From IMG/VR virus record IMGVR_UViG_3300037042_004723, positions 96,001 through 160,000 of that record: a DNA stretch of 64,000 nucleotides, one strand, 5' to 3'. The first letter of the stretch is position 1; every line of letters starts with the position of its first letter. The stretch comes from a virus. Of the stretch, positions 7,268 to 16,033 are shown in pieces. A model generated the notes under the pieces. The model was not told where the DNA came from. It saw only the letters and a list, made by a program, of their open reading frames with translations, and searched no databases. The position numbers and the translations under genes are program-made.

Positions 7268-7921
7268 ATGTTTGAATGGCTCTATTATCCGGTGATTGCG
7301 AAGCTGTGGTACCTGGTCGCGCTGTTCGCATGGACATCTCCTCATGCGGAGGCGGACGCAACCGCACCTATTCCTGAACTAACGGCGAGCTACGCGAGCG
7401 TCGTGGCATCAAGCTCCCATATACCGCTCCCGCCCACGCCGGACGAGCACGGGATTGCTGCTCGCTATGGGGCCCCAGGCGACAAGTTCGCTCAGCAGGG
7501 AACGGCCTGCGCGCCGCACGCCAAGATCAACGACGTTGATCATGTCTGCGCGCATCGACGGTATCCGTGTGGCACGATTCTGATCGTCGAGAACCAGAAG
7601 ACCAAGGACCGCAACTGGTGCGTGGTTCTCGATCGCGGTCCGTTCGGCGCAAGTGTTTTCGCGGCCGACGGCACCAAGGTGATGGTCAAGCCCAAGAAGG
7701 CTGCCTGGTACATTAAGATTCGTGAGGGAGACCTTCCTCCCGATAGCCTGTGTCCCGACGGTGAATGCGTTGGAAAGTGGCGTGGCGTCCTGGATGTGAG
7801 TCCAGCGGTCAGCAGGGGCATGAACCACACTGGATGGGGTAACGTTAAAGTGTGGAAGCTTAGGCGCGTCGTGGATCTCCAGAGATATCTTGCGAAGAAG
7901 GCTTCCCGTCCGGTTATCTGA
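7268..7921 (+). CDS. RlpA-like double-psi beta-barrel protein (lytic transglycosylase/expansin fold) with N-terminal hydrophobic segment
   Basis: CAHRRYPCGTILIVEN...VVLDRGPF...LDVSPAVSR matches the RlpA AHR.LP.GT...V.DRGPF...IDLS pattern. Confidence 0.75.
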   Translation: MFEWLYYPVIAKLWYLVALFAWTSPHAEADATAPIPELTASYASVVASSSHIPLPPTPDEHGIAARYGAPGDKFAQQGTACAPHAKINDVDHVCAHRRYPCGTILIVENQKTKDRNWCVVLDRGPFGASVFAADGTKVMVKPKKAAWYIKIREGDLPPDSLCPDGECVGKWRGVLDVSPAVSRGMNHTGWGNVKVWKLRRVVDLQRYLAKKASRPVI

Positions 7922-7944
7922 AGCTTGAACGGTAGTCGGCTCCG

Positions 7945-8340
7945 ATGTACGTTCCGGTCCTCGTGCCGGATTCCAGTCATCGAAGCGAAAGCCTGGCTAT
8001 CATCACCGCCATGCTCAGCGAGTCCAGCGGGTTGTGGAAGATCTCCGATGCTCGCACCGGCTTGTTGCGAAAGCATATGGACGCTCTGTCGAGCAGATCT
8101 AAGTCATCGATTGGGGAGATGATTTCCATCGCCGAGAGGGGAGATCTGTTTTGGCCAACCAAGGCCGAGTACTACGCCGCTCTCCACGAGATTAAAATTG
8201 CACCGGCATCTGTAGGCCGGAAACAGGTCGACATCGTCATCTCTGACATGATCAAAGGTGCCAGGTTGGACAACGTGTCCGACAGGGCCTGGGTTAAACA
8301 GGCAATCGAAATTCTAAGAAAAATCTCCGCTGATGTTTAG
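7945..8340 (+). CDS. Hypothetical protein
   Basis: 131-aa ORF in the operon. Confidence 0.65.
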   Translation: MYVPVLVPDSSHRSESLAIITAMLSESSGLWKISDARTGLLRKHMDALSSRSKSSIGEMISIAERGDLFWPTKAEYYAALHEIKIAPASVGRKQVDIVISDMIKGARLDNVSDRAWVKQAIEILRKISADV

Positions 8341-8381
8341 CGGCGCGGGACACGTTGACAATGCATGTGCGTGGTAGTTCG

Positions 8382-8612
8382 ATGGTATCAAGGAAGCAGA
8401 TAAAGCAGGAGCATGTACGTCATCCGTACACCAAGAAGAAGCTTCGCGTTATCGACACGTTTGAGCCGATCGACGCTCCGTTGTGTCCTGGCTGCAATGG
8501 CGGCATAATCAAGCAGATAAAGGTAGTTGAGTCTGAGTACCCGGGCGGCGTCCGGTACAATATTATTACTTGTGAAACTTGCGATCAGCCTATCTGGGTG
8601 ATCCCGAGTTAG
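8382..8612 (+). CDS. Zinc-ribbon protein
   Basis: CPGC...CETC; ATG at 8382. Confidence 0.7.
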   Translation: MVSRKQIKQEHVRHPYTKKKLRVIDTFEPIDAPLCPGCNGGIIKQIKVVESEYPGGVRYNIITCETCDQPIWVIPS

Positions 8613-8635
8613 CCGATAAGAAAGGTCAGTGATCG

Positions 8636-9238
8636 ATGGGCGCCCTCCTCTCTTTCCATTCCGTTTTCCGTGACTACACCGACAACTTCACCGAGTGGAA
8701 GCAGCAGACCTTTAAGTCGCTGTCAGCTTTGATGAAGCAGGTGATTACGGTTCACGAGAAGGCATGGACGGCCAAGTTGGAGGAGAACCTTACCCTGCCG
8801 CTCTCCATCTTTGAGAAGGCAGACGAGGTCCATCCTGGCGTCTGGATTGGGAGCTACTCGTCGGTTGTTGACGACGAGCTGAGCAAGGAGATCGACGTCG
8901 TTCTGAACATGGCCATCGAATGCGATTACACGCTGAAGGCCAAGACGCAGCTCGTCAAGATAGGCATCGAGGATGGTCGCCTCACGAACGTAGGCGTCTT
9001 CAGGAAGGCCGCAGAGGTCATTCACCATGCCAGGGAGTCTGATAAGACGGTCCTGGTGCATTGCGCGGCAGGCGTCAGCAGGAGCAGCACGGCGGTTCTG
9101 GCGTACCTGATGCTGCATGAGGGCATGGGCTGGGTGGAGGCGCTAGGGTACGTGCAGAAGAGCAGATCTTGCGTAAACCCTCATCCACTGCTCGTCAGAT
9201 CCATGATCAGAGATCTCGGCTCGGACTTCCTTCCGTAG
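8636..9238 (+). CDS. Dual-specificity protein phosphatase
   Basis: Intact VLVHCAAGVSRS (HCx5R) loop, upstream IED acid loop, and C-terminal R.CVNP motif. Confidence 0.92.
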   Translation: MGALLSFHSVFRDYTDNFTEWKQQTFKSLSALMKQVITVHEKAWTAKLEENLTLPLSIFEKADEVHPGVWIGSYSSVVDDELSKEIDVVLNMAIECDYTLKAKTQLVKIGIEDGRLTNVGVFRKAAEVIHHARESDKTVLVHCAAGVSRSSTAVLAYLMLHEGMGWVEALGYVQKSRSCVNPHPLLVRSMIRDLGSDFLP

Positions 9239-9297
9239 CGTGATCTTTTTTCGGAGGCACTAGGGCGCCGATCCACTAGATGTAGTGGTCGGCTTGG

Positions 9298-9339
9298 TGG
9301 CGAGCACTACTGGTCAAGTGCTCGCCATTCTTCGTTTTG
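9298..9339 (+). terminator. Intrinsic terminator
   Basis: TGGCGAGCACT-N8-AGTGCTCGCCA then TTCTTCGTTTTG; a second hairpin lies at 9268-9292. Confidence 0.7.
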
Positions 9340-9368
9340 TTGACATTGAAAGATCTGGCCGATAGCTT
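9340..9368 (+). promoter_or_regulatory. Sigma70-like promoter of the replication operon
   Basis: TTGACA-N17-TAGCTT. Confidence 0.7.
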
Positions 9369-9405
9369 GCGCGACCTACTGCGACACCAGGACGAGGAGC
9401 GCGCG

Positions 9406-9822
9406 ATGACGATGATGGTTGCTGGGAACTCTTACTATTCGGTTCCTGATCTTCGCAAGCGCAGGTGGTCTTCTGCTGCGATTAGGAAATTTCTTCCTGA
9501 AATCCCGGACCATGTTCAGAAGAAGCCGCCCTGGTTTCCGCAGTCCCAGAAGTCATCCAACGAAATGAAGTTCTGGCGCACGGACAGGGTACACAACGCT
9601 GAGAAGTCCAGCGAGTTCATCGAGTGGATGTCCGGCGAGGCTATTCGTGCCGAAGCGTATCAGCGCACCAACGAAGCACGGCTAAGGAATATTGCCCAAC
9701 GTCAAATCCCTGACCCTCCGCAGGGACATGTCTCGCTGGAAGATCAGTACAAAAACATTCGCGAGGAGAGATCTTCCAAGTCAGCATCGTCGGCTGCCAG
9801 AAAAAACAGGATGCGGCCATGA
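9406..9822 (+). CDS. Hypothetical protein
   Basis: GAGGAG RBS then ATG at 9406; the track start at 9337 overlaps the promoter. Confidence 0.7.
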   Translation: MTMMVAGNSYYSVPDLRKRRWSSAAIRKFLPEIPDHVQKKPPWFPQSQKSSNEMKFWRTDRVHNAEKSSEFIEWMSGEAIRAEAYQRTNEARLRNIAQRQIPDPPQGHVSLEDQYKNIREERSSKSASSAARKNRMRP

Positions 9823-11090
9823 CTGATCCTCGAAGTGAATTATCTGAGGTCGTCAACGAGGATTGGACCTTTGACGTTGTTCGCACATACGTGCTGGGCG
9901 TTGAGGCCTTTGATCTGAACATCTCCGCGATGGAATTGCGGCTCCTGATTATGCTGAGAATCCGCGCTTCCGGCGGGCGGAATAATCACGTTTCAAACGA
10001 GACCTTAGCCAAAGACCTTGGCGTGCAGAAGAACGCCATCGCTGGCTACATGACGAACCTGGTCAAGCAGGGATACGTCGTGTGCAAGTCGCGAGGATAT
10101 GGGTCTCCGACGCTCAAGACCATCAAGTCTATGGTCACGAGATACGATGACGACATTCTGAAGATGACCAGGAGGGACCTGTTCGGGGCAGGTCGTTCTG
10201 ATGAACTTCTCGAACGCCTTCATCACCCAACGGCTGGCCGGAAACCGGTTGACAGTGCCTCCAAGTCCAGTAACACCCGAACGGGTGCTACTGGTGGAGG
10301 GGCGTCCAGTAGCACGCGATCGGATACCATGGAGGCACGCGATCGGGTGACTCTAGAAGCACGCGATCGAGTGACTGAAGTAGATAAAGAGATAAATCAA
10401 AATGAATTAGATTCCGCGACCTGTGGTCGCGACGCGACTGAAAATTCCGGAAGAAGATTCCGGAAGATTGGTCATACCAGATCAGGAGAGTCCTATGACA
10501 AAGACACTGGTGAGGTATTAGATTCTGTCGTTCTTCCTACTCAAGATCCGGAGAAACTTCGCGCCATGGGGTTGGACGAAGGCGACGTCCGGCAGGCGAG
10601 GGCCATGGCGGCTGCGGTCCAGGCTGTCACCAGGAACGCCAAGGTGGCCCATGAGCGCGATGAGATGCTCCTAGCGAGAAAGGCCCAGGACGAGCGTTCC
10701 GGGCTCGCCAAGACGCGCAGGCTGGCTCGTGAGGAGGAGCGCCTGGCCAACAAGACGGCCGGCGGCAGGTTCTACGAATGGGCACAGGTCGAGTACGACC
10801 GCTTCTTCCCGACGATTAGGATGACCAAGTGGATGAAGACCGAGTTCTCGCAGCTTAAGACGTTGCGCGAGGCTTGCCATAACGACGACGTGCTTGTTCG
10901 GAAGTCCTGGTCGTATCTGTGCGAGCACTGGGACGAACTGACAAAAAAGTTGAAATTAGCCGACTCTGCCCCGACTATCGGCCTGCTCCTGGCGATACGG
11001 GCTCGGATCGTTCCGCTCGTGCAGGAGAGGCAGACCGATCGGCAGTACGCCGAACGCTCTGCGACACCTGGGAAGCTTGGAGAATGGTGA
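9819..11090 (+). CDS. Replication initiator with N-terminal winged HTH (lambda O-like organisation)
   Basis: ELRLLIML...HVSNETLAKDLGVQKNAIAGYMTNLVKQGYV HTH; low-complexity linker carrying repeats; directly upstream of loader and helicase. Confidence 0.75.
   Translation: MTDPRSELSEVVNEDWTFDVVRTYVLGVEAFDLNISAMELRLLIMLRIRASGGRNNHVSNETLAKDLGVQKNAIAGYMTNLVKQGYVVCKSRGYGSPTLKTIKSMVTRYDDDILKMTRRDLFGAGRSDELLERLHHPTAGRKPVDSASKSSNTRTGATGGGASSSTRSDTMEARDRVTLEARDRVTEVDKEINQNELDSATCGRDATENSGRRFRKIGHTRSGESYDKDTGEVLDSVVLPTQDPEKLRAMGLDEGDVRQARAMAAAVQAVTRNAKVAHERDEMLLARKAQDERSGLAKTRRLAREEERLANKTAGGRFYEWAQVEYDRFFPTIRMTKWMKTEFSQLKTLREACHNDDVLVRKSWSYLCEHWDELTKKLKLADSAPTIGLLLAIRARIVPLVQERQTDRQYAERSATPGKLGEW
10255..10413. 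repeat. Putative replication origin: iterons plus AT-rich tract
   Basis: GCACGCGATCG at 10312, 10335 and 10359 (spacing 23 and 24); related inverted repeat CCAGTAACACCCG-AA-CGGGTGCTACTGG at 10267-10294; AT-rich 10377-10413. Confidence 0.65.
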
Positions 11091-11782
11091 GCGGCGCAAG
11101 TGCTTGCGCGGCAGAGATGGCCAAGATGACAGACGACAGCCCAGCGTCCAGCGATAACCGACGGAAGGTTACCCATGCCGATCTGTCCAGGGTGAACCTG
11201 GGCAAGGAGTTCTGGGGGGTCCGCACCGATCGGATCCAGATGTCACAGGTCCGCGAACTGGTGCTTCGGTTTAGGAAGAACATCAGGGAGATGATCTCTA
11301 CGGGTAGTGGTTTGGTATTCAGCGGTCCACCAGGGGTGGGCAAGACGGCTGCTGCGGCTTGCATCCTGAAGGAGACCATCAGCGCGGGGTACGGGGCTTA
11401 CTTCGTGACTCACAGTGAGCTTAAGGACCTCAGGTTCGAGAAACATCCGTCACTGTTCGGCAGCGGGGCGGACGGCGTTACGGTTCGTCGGAAGATAGAC
11501 ATCGTTTCGCTTCTGGTTCTCGATGGGTTCAATGATCCGTTCTTCACGGACAATGTGTTTGGACCCCTTCAGCTCGAAGAGCTTCTGGTTCGCAGAAACT
11601 CCCAGAAGCTATCTACGATCATGACGGTCAGATCGCGCCTGACTCTGAAGCAGGAGAAGTTCTCTGATCTGCTCGATGTCATCAGTCAGGTCATGTTCTC
11701 TGTTCCCATGTCTGGGAAGAACATGAGGGACGCTGACCGAGAGAAACTGGGCAAGCGCATGCTTGGGGGCGGTGATTCTTGA
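11084..11782 (+). CDS. DnaC/IstB-like AAA+ helicase loader
   Basis: Walker A SGPPGVGKT, Walker B-like LLVLDG; start moved to the overlap with the initiator stop. Confidence 0.85.
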   Translation: MVSGASACAAEMAKMTDDSPASSDNRRKVTHADLSRVNLGKEFWGVRTDRIQMSQVRELVLRFRKNIREMISTGSGLVFSGPPGVGKTAAAACILKETISAGYGAYFVTHSELKDLRFEKHPSLFGSGADGVTVRRKIDIVSLLVLDGFNDPFFTDNVFGPLQLEELLVRRNSQKLSTIMTVRSRLTLKQEKFSDLLDVISQVMFSVPMSGKNMRDADREKLGKRMLGGGDS

Positions 11783-12039
11783 TCAACTCGGATCTTGGCT
11801 TCACCTGCGAGGTCTGCGGCCAGGCTGTTTCTGCTGGTGATCGTGCCACTCGCGTCCTAGCGGAAACCTGCGTGATTGATCATGGCGGCGGTGCAATCAG
11901 GTCGAGAGGGGATCAGGAAGTGGTTTTTGCGGTGTTCCACGAGGAGTGCGTCTCCGGCACGTATGCCGCCCGCGAGTGCGACGTCGTTGCCTATATTTCC
12001 GAGGCCCGTGAAGTGGTCGAAACAAGTGGGGCCATGTAA
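11779..12039 (+). CDS. Small zinc-binding protein
   Basis: CEVC...FHEEC; coupled on both sides. Confidence 0.7.
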   Translation: MINSDLGFTCEVCGQAVSAGDRATRVLAETCVIDHGGGAIRSRGDQEVVFAVFHEECVSGTYAARECDVVAYISEAREVVETSGAM

Positions 12040-14645
12040 TGGATATCGATAGGGAGTTCATCAGGGCCGTTATTCGCGGTGGCAAGCCAGCCGTCCTTGC
12101 GGCGATCGATAGGGATATCGACAAGGAATTCGCGGTCGGCAAGGACGGCAAAGAGAAGGGGTCCTATCTGGCCGGCGATGGCAAGAAGGCGTGGGCCTTC
12201 CTGCGGACTCACTTCGGAAATTACGACGAGGTTCCATCGGTCGAGGCAATCGAGAGCAGCACCGGCATAGATCTGTCCGGCTCGATGAGCGAGTCCTACC
12301 AGTTCTTCCTGGATGAGATTTTCAAACGTCGATTGTGGCAGCTGCAGCGTCACGGGACGAAAGACGTCAGCGAAAAGCTGGAGGCCAAGGACCCCAACGG
12401 CGCCGCCGAGATCTGGATTGAGATCAATCGCAAGATTCAAGAGGAGGCGCTTACCGTCCGCAAGGTTGAGTCCCTGCTGTCGCTGGGCAGGGGCGTCATC
12501 GCAGATTACAAGGACGCGAAGGCTGGTAAGCGAGGCATCCCGACGCCATGGGCGTCGATGGACAACCAGACACTTGGATGGTGGCCGGAAGATCTTATCT
12601 TGTTCGTTGGCCGCCTCGGCGTTGGCAAATGTCTAGAAACTAACAGCATTCTTCAAGATCCGATTACCGGTGTTCAGCGGACTATTGGCGAGGTATTCGA
12701 CGACCCAGGCGCATCCATGGTCATGACATGGAGCAAGGAAGGCGGAGTTCATTCGGCCCCGATCACGGCCAAGATTGACACGGGCCGCAAGGAGTGCCTG
12801 AAGTTTACGCTGGGCACGGGTAGGACGATTGAAGTCACGCCAGAGCATCCGTTTCTCACGCCTGATGGATGGAAGCGCGCGGATGAGATTGCCAAGACGG
12901 ACTCGGTTGCGTTGCCCATGAGCATGCCATTCCCGCTCGCCCCAGCGGCGATGGAGGATGCCGAAGTTGACATCCTTGCGGTGATGCTGGCTGACGGATG
13001 CGTGGTCAATGAGAATTGCGAGTTCACGAAGGGCGATCCGGAGGTTGTTAGAATCGTCAGCGAGGCTGCCTTGACCATGGGCGTCGAGGTGGTCGCAAGG
13101 CCTGCCGAGTATCAGTATGGCTTCAGGAGCGCGTTCGGCGATGGCGTGAATCGCGTGCGCGACCTCATGCGCGAGCATGGCGTTTGGGGCAAGAAGTCGA
13201 CTGAAAAGACGATTCCGGACGCTGTGTTCAAGCTTGGACGGGAGCAGCTTGCTAGGTTCCTGTCGCTGTTTTGGATGTGCGACGGATACGTGAGCACTGG
13301 CGGCCCTGAGATTGTGCTGGCGTCTGAGAAGATGCTGATGCAGGTTCAGAGTCTACTGCTTCGCTTTGGCATCCAGAGCCGAATCAGCAAGAAGCCATCT
13401 CGCTGCAATGGGAAGACGTTTCCGGCCTGGAGGCTTCGGGTCTATTCTTTCTGTCAGGATTCTTTCTTGAAGTCGTTTCCGCTGTGGGGTCATCGTCTTG
13501 ATAACCTTAAGCATATGGCGTCATTGAAGAAGAACTCAAATGTTGGGTTCCCGAAACTATCCAAGAGTCTTCGGAGTGAGATTGAAGAACTATCCCGGGC
13601 TCGGGCTGGCAGATGGAGTGGTGGGCTTCTCAAGGAGGTTGGAAATCGCCTCGGATGGAAGTCTAGGTTCATGACGAGGTCATTGTTCGGCAAGCATGAT
13701 TCCCTGCTGATCGATCGCTTTAAGGTTTTCTGTGAAGTCTATGGCTGTACTGAAAAGTACAGTTGGCTTTGGGGTTCAGGCATTTTCTGGGATCTCGTCT
13801 CATCCATCGAGAATGTTGGCGAAAAGAAGATCTACGATTTGACCGTAGACCCAACGAGCTGCTTCATTGCGAACGATATCGTTGTTCATAATACCTGGAC
13901 GCTGGTCATTTGCGCTCACAAGGCATGGAAGGCCGGTCACAAGGTCTTGGTGGTCTCGACGGAGATGAACAAGATGCAGATGGCGCGGCGGTTCTTTGCC
14001 CTCCATTTGCGGTTGCCATACGACGAGATTCGGCGCGGCAAGTTAGGCGAGTTCGTCGAGAACAAGTTCTTCCAGGGCGTCGAGGAGATCCTGAGCGACC
14101 AGGGCATCGATATCGTTGCCGGTGATTTCGATTATTCGATCGACAATATCGCTACAGTTATCGCAGATATTAAGCCGCAGTTGATGTGTCTCGACGGTCC
14201 GTATCTGATCAAGAACGTCGGCAAGGACAGGCACGAGAAGGTGTCGAACACGTTCGACGACTTCAAGAAAATCGGCAAGCGGACCGGCGTTGCCACGATT
14301 ACCAATCTCCAGTTTAACCGCTCGGCCAAGACTGGGCAGTCCCAGACCATCGCCGCCGACAACATCGGAATCACCGACGTCGCCGGTTGGAATGCCGATG
14401 CCGCATATGGTCTCAATCAGAGCGATGAGATGAGGGCGAACTGGCAGATGGGCATCAAGGGTCTCAAGATTCGCGAAGGCATGCCTGACGAGTTCCTGAT
14501 CAACTGGAACCACGCAGCCATGGACTTCTCTGAGATCGGCGGCAGCCCCCAGCCTTCGCCGGCTGGCGCTGCACCCAAGAACATGGGCGGCGGCGATAGC
14601 TCGTTTGCCATCGAAGAGGAAGGCTTTGACGATGTTCCATTCTGA
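12039..14645 (+). CDS. dnaB: DnaB-like replicative helicase with intein
   Basis: GIPTPWASMD, Walker A GRLGVGK|T, STEM, CLDGPY; 447 aa after intein removal; ends EEEGFDDVPF. Confidence 0.92.
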   Translation: MDIDREFIRAVIRGGKPAVLAAIDRDIDKEFAVGKDGKEKGSYLAGDGKKAWAFLRTHFGNYDEVPSVEAIESSTGIDLSGSMSESYQFFLDEIFKRRLWQLQRHGTKDVSEKLEAKDPNGAAEIWIEINRKIQEEALTVRKVESLLSLGRGVIADYKDAKAGKRGIPTPWASMDNQTLGWWPEDLILFVGRLGVGKCLETNSILQDPITGVQRTIGEVFDDPGASMVMTWSKEGGVHSAPITAKIDTGRKECLKFTLGTGRTIEVTPEHPFLTPDGWKRADEIAKTDSVALPMSMPFPLAPAAMEDAEVDILAVMLADGCVVNENCEFTKGDPEVVRIVSEAALTMGVEVVARPAEYQYGFRSAFGDGVNRVRDLMREHGVWGKKSTEKTIPDAVFKLGREQLARFLSLFWMCDGYVSTGGPEIVLASEKMLMQVQSLLLRFGIQSRISKKPSRCNGKTFPAWRLRVYSFCQDSFLKSFPLWGHRLDNLKHMASLKKNSNVGFPKLSKSLRSEIEELSRARAGRWSGGLLKEVGNRLGWKSRFMTRSLFGKHDSLLIDRFKVFCEVYGCTEKYSWLWGSGIFWDLVSSIENVGEKKIYDLTVDPTSCFIANDIVVHNTWTLVICAHKAWKAGHKVLVVSTEMNKMQMARRFFALHLRLPYDEIRRGKLGEFVENKFFQGVEEILSDQGIDIVAGDFDYSIDNIATVIADIKPQLMCLDGPYLIKNVGKDRHEKVSNTFDDFKKIGKRTGVATITNLQFNRSAKTGQSQTIAADNIGITDVAGWNADAAYGLNQSDEMRANWQMGIKGLKIREGMPDEFLINWNHAAMDFSEIGGSPQPSPAGAAPKNMGGGDSSFAIEEEGFDDVPF
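12630..13892 (+). mobile_element. Intein in DnaB (LAGLIDADG, 421 aa)
   Basis: GK|CLETNS...TPEHPF...LAVMLADG...FLSLFWMCDG...IVVHN|T. Confidence 0.95.
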
Positions 14646-14901
14646 GCACGCCCAGCGCATGTGCCCTCGTTGCGATGGCGTGGTAACGGCCAAGTCCGCA
14701 TTTGCCGTCCACATATGGGCAGATGGTGGGCGACTTATTTACGATGTAGTTTCGACGAAAAACAACCACCATGGCGGGGTGCTGATGCATATGTCAGCGG
14801 ACCGAGAGTGCAAGGTCGTGGTTTCCGGTTATCTTAGCAAAATGCTTAGAAAGCTAGAGCTTACGATTGATTGCGATACCTCCGCCCTGGACGCCTTCTA
14901 G
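14632..14901 (+). CDS. Zinc-ribbon hypothetical protein
   Basis: CPRC; ATG at 14632 overlaps the helicase end. Confidence 0.6.
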   Translation: MFHSEHAQRMCPRCDGVVTAKSAFAVHIWADGGRLIYDVVSTKNNHHGGVLMHMSADRECKVVVSGYLSKMLRKLELTIDCDTSALDAF

Positions 14902-14905
14902 TTCC

Positions 14906-14934
14906 TTGACAATTCCGTTGTTACCTATTAGATT
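14906..14934 (+). promoter_or_regulatory. Sigma70-like promoter
   Basis: TTGACA-N17-TAGATT; shares ACCTAT-TAG.TT with the promoter at 4334. Confidence 0.7.
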
Positions 14935-14987
14935 TGATTTGTAAATGGCGCTATACTTGGCGCTGGTTCAAGGCGAAGAGGTACAAC

Positions 14988-15542
14988 ATGGTGTCCAAGC
15001 GAGTTCAGGAAGTGGTTGATCGGTTTGTTGTGGAGTTGATTGCCGTTGCCAAGGTGGACGCGGCTGAGGAGATCAGCAATCGGCTGCGCGGTGTCTTCGG
15101 TGGTGAGGCTCCGGCGCGCGAGGTGTCTCCGGCCAAGGACAGGAAGACGACGAAGGGCTATAAGGTTACCAGGCCGTGTCCGATCGAGGGGTGCGGCGAG
15201 ATTGCGGTGTCCCGTTTCGGGATGGTCTGCAAGGGGCATAGCGAGACGCTGTCCCGTGAGGAAGTCTTGGTTGCGCGTGACAACGCCAAGAAGCCTGGCG
15301 GTGTTTGGGCTGCGGCGGATGATCCTGTCCCGGTCAAGACCCGAAGGACCACGAAGGGTTACACAGTGCTCAGGCCATGCCCGATTGCTGGATGCCAGGA
15401 GAATGCGGCACCCCGCTTCGGAATGGTCTGCAAGGCGCATGGCGCTGCGCTCTCCAGGGAGGAGATCTTGGTCGCCAGGGACAATGCTGTGAAGCCTGGC
15501 GGCATCTGGTTCGGCCTGAAGGCAAGCAAGAAGGTCGCGTAG
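14988..15542 (+). CDS. Protein with two tandem C-C-C-H zinc-binding repeats (possible nucleoid-associated protein)
   Basis: TKGY.V.RPCPI.GC...RFGMVCK.H...LSREE.LVARDNA.KPGG.W occurs twice. Confidence 0.8.
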   Translation: MVSKRVQEVVDRFVVELIAVAKVDAAEEISNRLRGVFGGEAPAREVSPAKDRKTTKGYKVTRPCPIEGCGEIAVSRFGMVCKGHSETLSREEVLVARDNAKKPGGVWAAADDPVPVKTRRTTKGYTVLRPCPIAGCQENAAPRFGMVCKAHGAALSREEILVARDNAVKPGGIWFGLKASKKVA

Positions 15543-15576
15543 GAAGCTTCAGTGGTGGCTGTGCTATTCTGCCTGC

Positions 15577-16017
15577 ATGCCAAGCTGGCAAGACATTCCC
15601 GCACTGGTTCGTCATTCAACCTTGGCGATTTACGGTAAGTCGACTGGTGGCGGCGCCGATGGATTCATCAAGGCGCTTCGTATTTCCAGAGATACGCTTG
15701 CCAAGCAGGGGTATCTCTATAACGGCGAGGGGCTCGCCGTTCTTCAGGACATCCAGCTGACCGGCAAGGGATGGCTTCGCAATCGGAGGCACGATGCCGA
15801 AGGCAGGTCGGGAGATGCGAAAGATCGCCAATTTGCTCAGCTATGGAAGCTAATCGAGTCAAAGCTGGCCGACCTGGACGGCCCCAGCGGCAAGAAGTCG
15901 GAGGCGCCCAAGAACTCCGAGGAGGCAGCCGCTCGCGAAAAGATGGTCGGAACCAAGCCGTTAGAGAAGGGAAAATTTGACGATAGCGCCGGCCCCGTCT
16001 ACCCTCCGCCCAAGTAG
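15577..16017 (+). CDS. Hypothetical protein
   Basis: 146-aa ORF in operon position. Confidence 0.7.
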   Translation: MPSWQDIPALVRHSTLAIYGKSTGGGADGFIKALRISRDTLAKQGYLYNGEGLAVLQDIQLTGKGWLRNRRHDAEGRSGDAKDRQFAQLWKLIESKLADLDGPSGKKSEAPKNSEEAAAREKMVGTKPLEKGKFDDSAGPVYPPPK

Positions 16018-16033
16018 CTTCCGCTACTGAGCG

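Noticed and set aside
8355-8383. Promoter at TTGACA 8355
   Set aside because: No acceptable -10 box at 16-18 nt spacing.
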